In this document: piece by piece, positions 1 to 12,800 of the stretch
Layout of the letters: the number at the start of each line of letters is the position of its first letter
Numbering within the stretch: the first letter of the stretch is position 1
Source of the DNA: Auanema rhodensis
Taxonomy: Eukaryota; Animalia; Nematoda
Length of the DNA stretch: 64,000 nt
Assembly: GCA_964057225.1 (NCBI GenBank)
Contig: OZ059898.1
Coordinates: 19,716,001-19,780,000 of the forward strand
Direction of reading: 5' to 3'
The notes under the pieces: generated by a model
Told to the model about the DNA's origin: nothing
Seen by the model: the letters and a program-made list of their open reading frames with translations, nothing else
Databases searched by the model: none
Translations under genes and position numbers: made by a program

Positions 1-50
1 GATCATAACTAATTTTTGTATTAAGCGTTTCTCAATGTAGTATAGTGCAT

Positions 51-117
51 TCGATGCGGATTTTTAAGCTGCGTCGATCTGTGTTATCAGATTTGCGCTA
101 GCTTAAAAATGCACCGA
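51..117. other. Imperfect 67-bp inverted repeat (hairpin/cruciform potential), recurring in each monomer
   Basis: atttttaagct (60-70) is the exact reverse complement of agcttaaaaat (100-110). Inner stems are gcg/cgc (71-73/96-98) and atctg/cagat (77-81/88-92). The outer arms tcgatgc/gcaccga (51-57/111-117) have one mismatch. Confidence 0.85.
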
Positions 118-241
118 GATATCAACTGATACAAGTTCACACATATATCCTCGATTTTCACCCTGAAGAAATAATTTTTTCGTTGAATAACATTGTCCAT
201 CGTCTTTGCCTTGAAAAAAAAAATCTAAAAACATCTACTTT

Positions 242-300
242 TTGCTAAATTATTTTGAAATTTTTCGAAAAAATTTTTGTCAAAATGTTTTTGGAAGCAA
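242..300. other. AT-rich imperfect inverted repeat centred on tttttcgaaaaa, recurring in each monomer
   Basis: A perfect 12-bp palindrome at 261-272 is flanked by attttg/caaaat (252-257/281-286) and ttgct/agcaa (242-246/296-300). Low complexity weakens its significance. Confidence 0.6.
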
Positions 301-327
301 TGTTGAGTGTACATGGAAACTCAACAT
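300..327. other. 28-bp near-perfect palindrome, recurring in each monomer
   Basis: atgttgagtgtaca|tggaaactcaacat has 12 of 14 arm positions complementary, with a perfect 9-bp outer stem atgttgagt/actcaacat. Confidence 0.85.
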
Positions 328-3300
328 ACACTAATGCATCATTTTTCAAACAATCATAACTAATTTTTGTATTAAGCGTTTCTCAATGTAGAATAGTGCA
401 TTCGATGCGGATTTTTAAGCTGCGTCGATCTGTGTTATCAGATTTGCGCTAGCTTAAAAATGCACCGAGATATCAACTGATACAAGTTCACACTTATATC
501 CTCGATTTTCACCCAAAAGAATTAATTTTTTCGTTGAATAACATTGTCCATCGTCTTTGCCTTGAAAAAAGAAATCTAAAAACATTTACTTCTTGCTAAA
601 TTATTTTGAAATTTTTCGAAAAAATTTTTGTCAAAATGTTTTTGGAAGCAATGTTGAGTGTACATGGAAACTCAACATACACTAATGCATCATTTTTCAA
701 ACAATCATAACTAATTTTTGTATTAAGCGTTTCTCAATGTAGAATAGTGCATTCGATGCGGATTTTTAAGCTGCGTCGATCTGTGTTATCAGATTTGCGC
801 TAGCTTAAAAATGCACCGAGATATCAACTGATACAAGTTCACACTTATATCCTCGATTTTCACCCAAAAGAATTAATTTTTTCGTTGAATAACATTGTCC
901 ATCGTCTTTGCCTTGAAAAAAGAAATCTAAAAACATTTACTTCTTGCTAAATTATTTTGAAATTTTTCGAAAAAATTTTTGTCAAAATGTTTTTGGAAGC
1001 AATGTTGAGTGTACATGGAAACTCAACATACACTAATGCATCATTTTTCAAACAATCATAACTAATTTTTGTATTAAGCGTTTCTCAATGTAGAATAGTG
1101 CATTCGATGCGGATTTTTAAGCTGCGTCGATCTGTGTTATCAGATTTGCGCTAGCTTAAAAATGCACCGAGATATCAACTGATACAAGTTCACACTTATA
1201 TCCTCGATTTTCACCCAAAAGAATTAATTTTTTCGTTGAATAACATTGTCCATCGTCTTTGCCTTGAAAAAAGAAATCTAAAAACATTTACTTCTTGCTA
1301 AATTATTTTGAAATTTTTCGAAAAAATTTTTGTCAAAATGTTTTTGGAAGCAATGTTGAGTGTACATGGAAACTCAACATACACTATTGCATCATTTTTC
1401 AAACGATCATAACTAATTTTTGTATTAAGCGTTTTTCAATGTAGTATAGTGCATTCGATGCGGATTTTTAAGCTGCGTCGATCTGTGTTATCAGATTTGC
1501 GCTAGCTTAAAAATGCACCGAGATATCAACTGATACAAGTTCACACTTATATCCTCGATTTTCACCCTGAAGAAATAATTTTTTCGTTGAATAACATTGT
1601 CCATCGTCTTTGCCTTGAAAAAAAAAATCTAAAAACATCTACTTTTTGCTAAATTATTTTGAAATTTTTCGAAAAAATTTTTGTCAAAATGTTTTTGGAA
1701 GCAATGTTGAGTGTACATGGAAACTCAACATACACTAATGCATCATTTTTCAAACAATCATAACTAATTTTTGTATTAAGCGTTTCTCAATGTAGTATAG
1801 TGCATTCGATGCGGATTTTTAAGCTGCGTCGATCTGTGTTATCAGATTTGCGCTAGCTTAAAAATGCACCGAGACATCAACTGATACAAGTTCACACTTA
1901 TATCCTCGATTTTCACCCAAAAGAATTAATTTTTTCGTTGAATAACATTGTCCATCGTCTTTGCCTTGAAAAAAGAAATCTAAAAACATTTACTTCATGC
2001 TAAATTATTTTGAAATTTTTCGAAAAAATTTTTGTCAAAATGTTTTTGGAAGCAATGTTGAGTGTACATGGAAACTCAACATACACTATTGCATCATTTT
2101 TCAAACGATCATAACTAATTTTTGTATTAAGCGTTTCTCAATGTAGTATAGTGCATTCGATGCGGATTTTTAAGCTGCGTCGATCTGTGTTATCAGATTT
2201 GCGCTAGCTTAAAAATGCACCGAGATATCAACTGATACAAGTTCACACTTATATCCTCGATTTTCACCCTGAAGAAATAATTTTTTCGTTGAATAACATT
2301 GTCCATCGTCTTTGCCTTGAAAAAAAAAATCTAAAAACATCTACTTTTTGCTAAATTATTTTGAAATTTTTCGAAAAAATTTTTGTCAAAATGTTTTTGG
2401 AAGCAATGTTGAGTGTACATGGAAACTCAACATACACTAATGCATCATTTTTCAAACAATCATAACTAATTTTTGTATTAAGCGTTTCTCAATGTAGAAT
2501 AGTGCATTCGATGCGGATTTTTAAGCTGCGTCGATCTGTGTTATCAGATTTGCGCTAGCTTAAAAATGCACCGAGATATCAACTGATACAAGTTCACACT
2601 TATATCCTCGATTTTCACCCAAAAGAATTAATTTTTTCGTTGAATAACATTGTCCATCGTCTTTGCCTTGAAAAAAGAAATCTAAAAACATTTACTTCTT
2701 GCTAAATTATTTTGAAATTTTTCGAAAAAATTTTTGTCAAAATGTTTTTGGAAGCAATGTTGAGTGTACATGGAAACTCAACATACACTATTGCATCATT
2801 TTTCAAACGATCATAACTAATTTTTGTATTAAGCGTTTCTCAATGTAGTATAGTGCATTCGATGCGGATTTTTAAGCTGCGTCGATCTGTGTTATCAGAT
2901 TTGCGCTAGCTTAAAAATGCACCGAGATATCAACTGATACAAGTTCACACTTATATCCTCGATTTTCACCCTGAAGAAATAATTTTTTCGTTGAATAACA
3001 TTGTCCATCGTCTTTGCCTTGAAAAAAAAAATCTAAAAACATCTACTTTTTGCTAAATTATTTTGAAATTTTTCGAAAAAATTTTTGTCAAAATGTTTTT
3101 GGAAGCAATGTTGAGTGTACATGGAAACTCAACATACACTAATGCATCATTTTTCAAACAATCATAACTAATTTTTGTATTAAGCGTTTCTCAATGTAGA
3201 ATAGTGCATTCGATGCGGATTTTTAAGCTGCGTCGATCTGTGTTATCAGATTTGCGCTAGCTTAAAAATGCACCGAGATATCAACTGATACAAGTTCACA

Positions 3301-4914
3301 CTTATATCCTCGATTTTCACCCAAAAGAATTAATTTTTTCGTTGAATAACATTGTCCATCGTCTCTGCCTTGAAAAAAGAAATCTAAAAACATTTACTTC
3401 TTGCTAAATTATTTTGAAATTTTTCGAAAAAATTTTTGTCAAAATGTTTTTGGAAGCAATGTTGAGTGTACATGGAAACTCAACATACACTATTGCATCA
3501 TTTTTCAAACGATCATAACTAATTTTTGTATTAAGCGTTTTTCAATGTAGTATAGTGCATTCGATGCGGATTTTTAAGCTGCGTCGATCTGTGTTATCAG
3601 ATTTGCGCTAGCTTAAAAATGCACCGAGATATCAACTGATACAAGTTCACACTTATATCCTCGATTTTCACCCTGAAGAAATTATTTTTTCGTTGAATAA
3701 CATTGTCCATCGTCTTTGCCTTGAAAAAAAAAATCTAAAAACATCTACTTTTTGCTAAATTATTTTGAAATTTTTCGAAAAAATTTTTGTCAAAATGTTT
3801 TTGGAAGCAATGTTGAGTGTACATGGAAACTCAACATACACTAATGCATCATTTTTCAAACAATCATAACTAATTTTTGTATTAAGCGTTTCTCAATGTA
3901 GTATAGTGCATTCGATGCGGATTTTTAAGCTGCGTCGATCTGTGTTATCAGATTTGCGCTAGCTTAAAAATGCACCGAGACATCAACTGATACAAGTTCA
4001 CACTTATATCCTCGATTTTCACCCAAAAGAATTAATTTTTTCGTTGAATAACATTGTCCATCGTCTTTGCCTTGAAAAAAGAAATCTAAAAACATTTACT
4101 TCTTGCTAAATTATTTTGAAATTTTTCGAAAAAATTTTTGTCAAAATGTTTTTGGAAGCAATGTTGAGTGTACATGGAAACTCAACATACACTATTGCAT
4201 CATTTTTCAAACGATCATAACTAATTTTTGTATTAAGCGTTTTTCAATGTAGTATAGTGCATTCGATGCGGATTTTTAAGCTGCGTCGATCTGTGTTATC
4301 AGATTTGCGCTAGCTTAAAAATGCACCGAGATATCAACTGATACAAGTTCACACTTATATCCTCGATTTTCACCCTGAAGAAATAATTTTTTCGTTGAAT
4401 AACATTGTCCATCGTCTTTGCCTTGAAAAAAAAAATCTAAAAACATCTACTTTTTGCTAAATTATTTTGAAATTTTTCGAAAAAATTTTTGTCAAAATGT
4501 TTTTGGAAGCAATGTTGAGTGTACATGGAAACTCAACATACACTAATGCATCATTTTTCAAACAATCATAACTAATTTTTGTATTAAGCGTTTCTCAATG
4601 TAGTATAGTGCATTCGATGCGGATTTTTAAGCTGCGTCGATCTGTGTTATCAGATTTGCGCTAGCTTAAAAATGCACCGAGACATCAACTGATACAAGTT
4701 CACACTTATATCCTCGATTTTCACCCAAAAGAATTAATTTTTTCGTTGAATAACATTGTCCATCGTCTTTGCCTTGAAAAAAGAAATCTAAAAACATTTA
4801 CTTCTTGCTAAATTATTTTGAAATTTTTCGAAAAAATTTTTGTCAAAATGTTTTTGGAAGCAATGTTGAGTGTACATGGAAACTCAACATACACTATTGC
4901 ATCATTTTTCAAAC

Positions 4915-7900
4915 GATCATAACTAATTTTTGTATTAAGCGTTTCTCAATGTAGTATTGTGCATTCGATGCGGATTTTTAAGCTGCGTCGATCTGTGTTA
5001 TCAGATTTGCGCTAGCTTAAAAATGCACCGAGACATCAACTGATATAAGTTCACACTTATATCCTCGATTTTCACCCTGAAGAATTAATTTTTTCGTTGA
5101 ATAACGTTTTCCATCGTCTTTGCCTTGAAAAAAGGAATCTAAAAACATCTACTTTTTGCTAAATTATTTCGAAATTTTTCGAAAAAATTTTTGTCAAAAT
5201 GTTTTTGGAAGCAATGTTGAGTGTACATGGAAACTCAACATACACTAATGCATCATTTTTCAAACGATCATAACTAATTTTTGTATTAAGCGTTTTTCAA
5301 TGTAGTATAGTGCATTCGATGCGGATTTTTAAGCTGCGTCGATCTGTGTTATCAGATTTGCGCTAGCTTAAAAATGCACCGAGACATCAACTGATATAAG
5401 TTCACACTTATATCCTCGATTTTCACCCTGAAGAATTTATTTTTTCGTTGAATAACATTGTCCATCGTCTTTGCCTTGAAAAAAGGAATCTAAAAACATC
5501 TACTTTTTGCTAAATTATTCTGAAATTTTTCGAAAAAATTTTTGTCAAAATGTTTTTGGAAGCAATGTTGAGTGTACATGGAAACTCAACATACACTAAT
5601 GCATCATTTTTCAAACGATCATAACTAATTTCTGTATTAAACGTTTCTCAATGTAGTATAGTGCATTCGATGCGGATTTTTAAGCTGCGTCGATCTGTGT
5701 TATCAGATTTGCGCTAGCTTAAAAATGCACCGAGACATCAACTGATATAAGTTCACACTTATATCCTCGATTTTCACCCTGAAGAATTGATTTTTTCGTT
5801 GAATAACATTGTCCATCGTCTTTGCCTTGAAAAACGAAATCTGAAAACTTCTACTTTTTGCTAAATTATTTTGAAATTTTTCGAAAAAATTTTTGTCAAA
5901 ATGTTTTTGGAAGCAATGTTGAGTGTACATGGAAACTCAACATACACTAATGCATCATTTTTCAAACGATCACAACTAATTTTTGTATAAAGCGTTTCTC
6001 AATGTAGTATAGTGCATTCGATGCGGATTTTTAAGCTGCGTCGATCTGTGTTATCAGATTTGCGCTAGCTTAAAAATGCACCGAGACATCAACTGATATA
6101 AGTTCACACTTATATCCTCGATTTTCACCCTGAAGAATTGATTTTTTCGTTGAATAACATTGTCCATCGTCTTTGCCTTGAAAAACGAAATCTGAAAACT
6201 TCTACTTTTTGCTAAATTATTTTGAAATTTTTCGAAAAAATTTTTGTCAAAATGTTTTTGGAAGCAATGTTGAGTGTACATGGAAACTCAACATACACTA
6301 ATGCATCATTTTTCAAACGATCATAACTAATTTCTGTATTAAACGTTTCTCAATGTAGTATAGTGCATTCGATGCGGATTTTTAAGCTGCGTCGATCTGT
6401 GTTATCAGATTTGCGCTAGCTTAAAAATGCACCGAGACATCAACTGATATAAGTTCACACTTATATCCTCGATTTTCACCCTGAAGAATTGATTTTTTCG
6501 TTGAATAACATTGTCCATCGTCTTTGCCTTGAAAAACGAAATCTGAAAACTTCTACTTTTTGCTAAATTATTTTGAAATTTTTCGAAAAAATTTTTGTCA
6601 AAATGTTTTTGGAAGCAATGTTGAGTGTACATGGAAACTCAACATACACTAATGCATCATTTTTCAAACGATCACAACTAATTTTTGTATAAAGCGTTTC
6701 TCAATGTCGTATAGTGCATTCGATGCAGATTTGTAAGCTGCGTCGATCTGTGTTATCAGATTTGCGCTAGCTTAAAAATGCACCGAGATATCAACTGATA
6801 TAAGTTCACACTTATATCCTCGATTTTCACCCTGAAGAATTAATTTTTTCGTTGAATAACATTAGCCATCGTCTTTGCCTTATAAAAAGGAATCTAAAAA
6901 CATTTACTTTTTGCTAAATTATTTTGAAATTTTTCGAAAAAATTTTTGTCAAAATGTTTTTGGAAGCAATGTTGAGTGTACATGGAAACTCAACATACAC
7001 TAATGCATCATTTTTCAAACGATCACAACTAATTTTTGTATAAAGCGTTTCTCAATGTCGTATAGTGCATTCGATGCAGATTTGTAAGCTGCGTCGATCT
7101 GTGTTATCAGATTTGCGCTAGCTTAAAAATGCACCGAGATATCAACTGATATAAGTTCACACTTATATCCTCGATTTTCACCCTGAAGAAATAATTTTTT
7201 CGTTGAATAACATTGTCCATCGTCTTTGCCTTGAAAAAAAAATCTAAAAACATTTACTTTTTGCTAAATTATTTTGAAATTTTTCGAAAAAATTTTTGTC
7301 AAAATGTTTTTGGAAGCAATGTTGAGTGTACATGGAAACTCAACATACACTATTGCATCATTTTTCAAACGATCATAACTAATTTTTGTATTAAGCGTTT
7401 TTCAATGTAGTATAGTGCATTCGATGCGGATTTTTAAGCTGCGTCGATCTGTTTGATCAGATTTGGGCTAGCTTAAAAATGCACCGAGATATCAACTGAT
7501 ATAAGTTCACACTTATATCCTCGATTTTCACCCTGAAGAATTAATTTTTTCGTTGAATAACATTGTCCATCGTCTTTGCCTTGAAAAAAGGAATCTAAAA
7601 ACATTTACTTTTTGCTAAATTATTCTGAAATTTTTCGAAAAAATTTTTGTCAAAATGTTTTTGGAAGCAATGTTGAGTGTACATGGAAACTCAACATACA
7701 CTAATGCATCATTTTTCAAACGATCACAACTAATTTTTGTATAAAGCGTTTCTCAATGTCGTATAGTGCATTCGATGCAGATTTGTAAGCTGCGTCGATC
7801 TGTGTTATCAGATTTGCGCTAGCTTAAAAATGCACCGAGATATCAACTGATATAAGTTCACACTTATATCCTCGATTTTCACCCTGAAGAAATAATTTTT

Positions 7901-9826
7901 TCGTTGAATAACATTGTCCATCGTCTTTGCCTTGAAAAAAAAATCTAAAAACATTTACTTTTTGCTAAATTATTTTGAAATTTTTCGAAAAAATTTTTGT
8001 CAAAATGTTTTTGGAAGCAATGTTGAGTGTACATGGAAACTCAACATACACTATTGCATCATTTTTCAAACGATCATAACTAATTTTTGTATTAAGCGTT
8101 TTTCGATGTAGTATAGTGCATTCGATGCGGATTTTTAAGCTGCGTCGATCTGTTTGATCAGATTTGGGCTAGCTTAAAAATGCACCGAGATATCAACTGA
8201 TATAAGTTCACACTTATATCCTCGATTTTCACCCTGAAGAATTAATTTTTTCGTTGAATAACATTGTCCATCGTCTTTGCCTTGAAAAAAGGAATCTAAA
8301 AACATTTACTTTTTGCTAAATTATTCTGAAATTTTTCGAAAAAATTTTTGTCAAAATGTTTTTGGAAGCAATGTTGAGTGTACATGGAAACTCAACATAC
8401 ACTAATGCATCATTTTTCAAACGATCACAACTAATTTTTGTATAAAGCGTTTCTCAATGTCGTATAGTGCATTCGATGCAGATTTGTAAGCTGCGTCGAT
8501 CTGTGTTATCAGATTTGCGCTAGCTTAAAAATGCACCGAGATATCAACTGATATAAGTTCACACTTATATCCTCGATTTTCACCCTGAAGAAATAATTTT
8601 TTCGTTGAATAACATTGTCCATCGTCTTTGCCTTGAAAAAAAAAATCTAAAAACATTTACTTTTTGCTAAATTATTTTGAAATTTTTCGAAAAAATTTTT
8701 GTCAAAATGTTTTTGGAAGCAATGTTGAGTGTACATGGAAACTCAACATACACTATTGCATCATTTTTCAAACGATCATAACTAATTTTTGTATTAAGCG
8801 TTTTTCAATGTAGTATAGTGCATTCGATGCGGATTTTTAAGCTGCGTCGATCTGTTTGATCAGATTTGGGCTAGCTTAAAAATGCACCGAGATATCAACT
8901 GATATAAGTTCACACTTATATCCTCGATTTTCACCCTGAAGAATTAATTTTTTCGTTGAATAACATTGTCCATCGTCTTTGCCTTGAAAAAAGGAATCTA
9001 AAAACATCTACTTTTTGCTAAATTATTCTGAAATTTTTCGAAAAAATTTTTGTCAAAATGTTTTTGGAAGCAATGTTGAGTGTACATGGAAACTCAACAT
9101 ACACTAATGCATCATTTTTCAAACGATCATAACTAATTTCTGTATTAAACGTTTCTCAATGTAGTATAGTGCATTCGATGCGGATTTTTAAGCTGCGTCG
9201 ATCTGTGTTATCAGATTTGCGCTAGCTTAAAAATGCACCGAGACATCAACTGATATAAGTTCACACTTATATCCTCGATTTTCACCCTGAAGAATTGATT
9301 TTTTCGTTGAATAACATTGTCCATCGTCTTTGCCTTGAAAAACGAAATCTGAAAACTTCTACTTTTTGCTAAATTATTTTGAAATTTTTCGAAAAAATTT
9401 TTGTCAAAATGTTTTTGGAAGCAATGTTCAGTGTACATGGAAACTCAACATACACTAATGCATCATTTTTCAAACAATCATAACTAATTTTTGTATTAAG
9501 CGTTTCTCAATGTGGAATAGTGCATTCGATGCAGTTTTGTAAGCTGCGTCGATCTGTTTGATCAGATTTGGGCTAGCTTAAAAATGCACCGAGATATCAA
9601 CTGATACAAGTTCACACTTATATCCTCGATTTTCACCCTGAAGAATTAATTTTTTCGTTGAATAACATTGTCCATCGTCTTTGCCTTGAAAAAAGAAATC
9701 TAAAAACATTTACTTTTTGCTAAATTATTTTGAAATTTTTCGAAAAAATTTTTGTCAAAATGTTTTTGGAAGCAATGTTGAGTGTACATGGAAACTCAAC
9801 ATACACTATTGCATCATTTTTCAAAC
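4915..9826. repeat. Transition zone of mixed monomer variants, including a local dimer repeated three times (7021-9124)
   Basis: The sequence switches to tgataTaag from M15 (4915). Monomers at 7021/7722/8423 (gatcac, tataaag, tgtcgt, ctattg) alternate with monomers at 7371/8072/8774 (tgtttgatc, tttgggc, tattctg). Confidence 0.85.
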
Positions 9827-12800
9827 GATCATAACTAATTTTTGTATTAAGCGTTTCTCAATGTAGTATAGTGCATTCGATGCGGATTTTTAAGCTGCGT
9901 CGATCTGTGTTATCAGATTTGCGCTAGCTTAAAAATGCACCGAGACATCAACTGATATAAGTTCACACTTATATCCTCGATTTTCACCCTGAAGAATTAA
10001 TTTTTTCGTTGAATAACGTTGTCCATCGTCTTTGCCTTGAAAAAAGGAATCTAAAAACATCTACTTTTTGCTAAATTATTGCGAAATTTTTCGAAAAAAT
10101 TTTTGTCAAAATGTTTTTGGAAGCAATGTTGAGTGTACATGGAAACTCAACATACACTAATGCATCATTTTTCAAACGATCATAACTAATTTCTGTATTA
10201 AACGTTTTTCAATGTAGTATAGTGCATTCGATGCGGATTTTTAAGCTGCGTCGATCTGTGTTATCAGATTTGCGCTAGCTTAAAAATGCACCGAGACATC
10301 AACTGATATAAGTTCACACTTATATCCTCGATTTTCACCCTGAAGAAATAATTTTTTCGTTGAATAACATTGTCCATCGTCTTTGCCTTGAAAAAAAAAA
10401 TCTAAAAACATCTACTTTTTGCTAAATTATTTTGAAATTTTTCGAAAAAATTTTTGTCAAAATGTTTTTGGAAGCAATGTTGAGTGTACATGGAAACTCA
10501 ACATACACTAATGCATCATTTTTCAAACAATCATAACTAATTTTTGTATTAAGCGTTTCTCAATGTAGAATAGTGCATTCGATGCAGTTTTGTAAGCTGC
10601 GTCGATCTGTTTGATCAGATTTGGGCTAGCTTAAAAATGCACCGAGATATCAACTGATATAAGTTCACACTTATATCCTCGATTTTCACCCTGAAGAATT
10701 AATTTTTTCGTTGAATAACATTGTCCATCGTCTTTGCCTTGAAAAAAAAAATCTAAAAACATCTACTTTTTGCTAAATTATTTTGAAATTTTTCGAAAAA
10801 ATTTTTGTCAAAATGTTTTTGGAAGCAATGTTGAGTGTACATGGAAACTCAACATACACTAATGCATCATTTTTCAAACAATCATAACTAATTTTTGTAT
10901 TAAGCGTTTCTCAATGTAGAATAGTGCATTCGATGCAGTTTTGTAAGCTGCGTCGATCTGTTTGATCAGATTTGGGCTAGCTTAAAAATGCACCGAGATA
11001 TCAACTGATATAAGTTCACACTTATATCCTCGATTTTCACCCTGAAGAATTAATTTTTTCGTTGAATAACATTGTCCATCGTCTTTGCCTTGAAAAACGA
11101 AATCTGAAAACTTCTACTTTTTGCTAAATTATTTTGAAATTTTTCGAAAAAATTTTTGTCAAAATGTTTTTGGAAGCAATGTTGAGTGTACATGGAAACT
11201 CAACATACACTAATGCATCATTTTTCAAACGATCACAACTAATTTTTGTATAAAGCGTTTCTCAATGTCGTATAGTGCATTCGATGCAGATTTGTAAGCT
11301 GCGTCGATCTGTGTTATCAGATTTGCGCTAGCTTAAAAATGCACCGAGATATCAACTGATATAAGTTCACACTTATATCCTCGATTTTCACCCTGAAGAA
11401 TTAATTTTTTCGTTGAATAACATTAGCCATCGTCTTTGCCTTATAAAAAGGAATCTAAAAACATTTACTTTTTGCTAAATTATTTTGAAATTTTTCGAAA
11501 AAATTTTTGCCAAAATGTTTTTGGAAGCAATGTTGAGTGTACATGGAAACTCAACATACACTAATGCATTATTTTTCAAACGATCATAACTAATTTTTGT
11601 ATTAAGCGTTTCTCAATGTAGTATAGTGCATTCGATGCGGATTTTTAAGCTGCGTCGATCTGTGTTATCAGATTTGCGCTAGCTTAAAAATGCACCGAGA
11701 CATCAACTGATATAAGTTCACACTTATATCCTCGATTTTCACCCTGAAGAAATAATTTTTTCGTTGAATAACATTGTCCATCGTCTTTGCCTTGAAAAAA
11801 AAAATCTAAAAACATCTACTTTTTGCTAAATTATTTTGAAATTTTTCGAAAAAATTTTTGTCAAAATGTTTTTGGAAGCAATGTTGAGTGTACATGGAAA
11901 CTCAACATACACTAATGCATCATTTTTCAAACAATCATAACTAATTTTTGTATTAAGCGTTTCTCAATGTAGAATAGTGCATTCGATGCAGTTTTGTAAG
12001 CTGCGTCGATCTGTTTGATCAGATTTGGGCTAGCTTAAAAATGCACCGAGATATCAACTGATATAAGTTCACACTTATATCCTCGATTTTCACCCTGAAG
12101 AATTAATTTTTTCGTTGAATAACATTGTCCATCGTCTTTGCCTTGAAAAAAAAAATCTAAAAACATCTACTTTTTGCTAAATTATTTTGAAATTTTTCGA
12201 AAAAATTTTTGTCAAAATGTTTTTGGAAGCAATGTTGAGTGTACATGGAAACTCAACATACACTAATGCATCATTTTTCAAACAATCATAACTAATTTTT
12301 GTATTAAGCGTTTCTCAATGTAGAATAGTGCATTCGATGCAGTTTTGTAAGCTGCGTCGATCTGTTTGATCAGATTTGGGCTAGCTTAAAAATGCACCGA
12401 GATATCAACTGATATAAGTTCACACTTATATCCTCGATTTTCACCCTGAAGAATTAATTTTTTCGTTGAATAACATTGTCCATCGTCTTTGCCTTGAAAA
12501 ACGAAATCTGAAAACTTCTACTTTTTGCTAAATTATTTTGAAATTTTTCGAAAAAATTTTTGTCAAAATGTTTTTGGAAGCAATGTTGAGTGTACATGGA
12601 AACTCAACATACACTAATGCATCATTTTTCAAACGATCACAACTAATTTTTGTATAAAGCGTTTCTCAATGTCGTATAGTGCATTCGATGCAGATTTGTA
12701 AGCTGCGTCGATCTGTGTTATCAGATTTGCGCTAGCTTAAAAATGCACCGAGATATCAACTGATATAAGTTCACACTTATATCCTCGATTTTCACCCTGA

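Larger units (their letters stand above)
1..4914. repeat. Domain 1: 2-monomer (702-bp) higher-order repeat
   Basis: All copies carry tgataCaag. Type A (ccctgaagaa, A10 tract, catctac) alternates with type B (cccaaaagaa, aaaaaagaaa, catttacttc). The order is A-B-B-B over 1-1404, then (A-B)x5 over 1405-4914. Confidence 0.9.

Noticed and set aside
300-327. Palindromic 28-bp unit resembling a CRISPR repeat
   Set aside because: The intervening 323 bp are near-identical rather than unique spacers, and there are no cas genes.
1-351. Tandem 5S rRNA, tRNA, snRNA or spliced-leader gene array
   Set aside because: I recognise no such sequence or clear Pol III boxes. An Infernal/Rfam search would be decisive.
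1-351. Monomer as an ancient dimer of about 175-bp subunits
   Set aside because: Only weak similarity (taattttt at 10-17 versus 172-179) that AT-richness can explain. A self-alignment against shuffled controls is needed.
7213-8111. 65-aa plus-strand ORFs
   Set aside because: They have an ATT start and depend on the 1-bp A-tract deletion. They are absent from 351-bp copies.
5703-9438. Repeated 75-aa minus-strand ORFs (5703-5930, 6054-6281, 6405-6632, 9211-9438)
   Set aside because: They open only where two SNPs (tctaa>tctga and aattaa>aattga) remove stops present in most monomers. The F/K/N-rich translation reflects A/T tracts and shows no recognisable domain.
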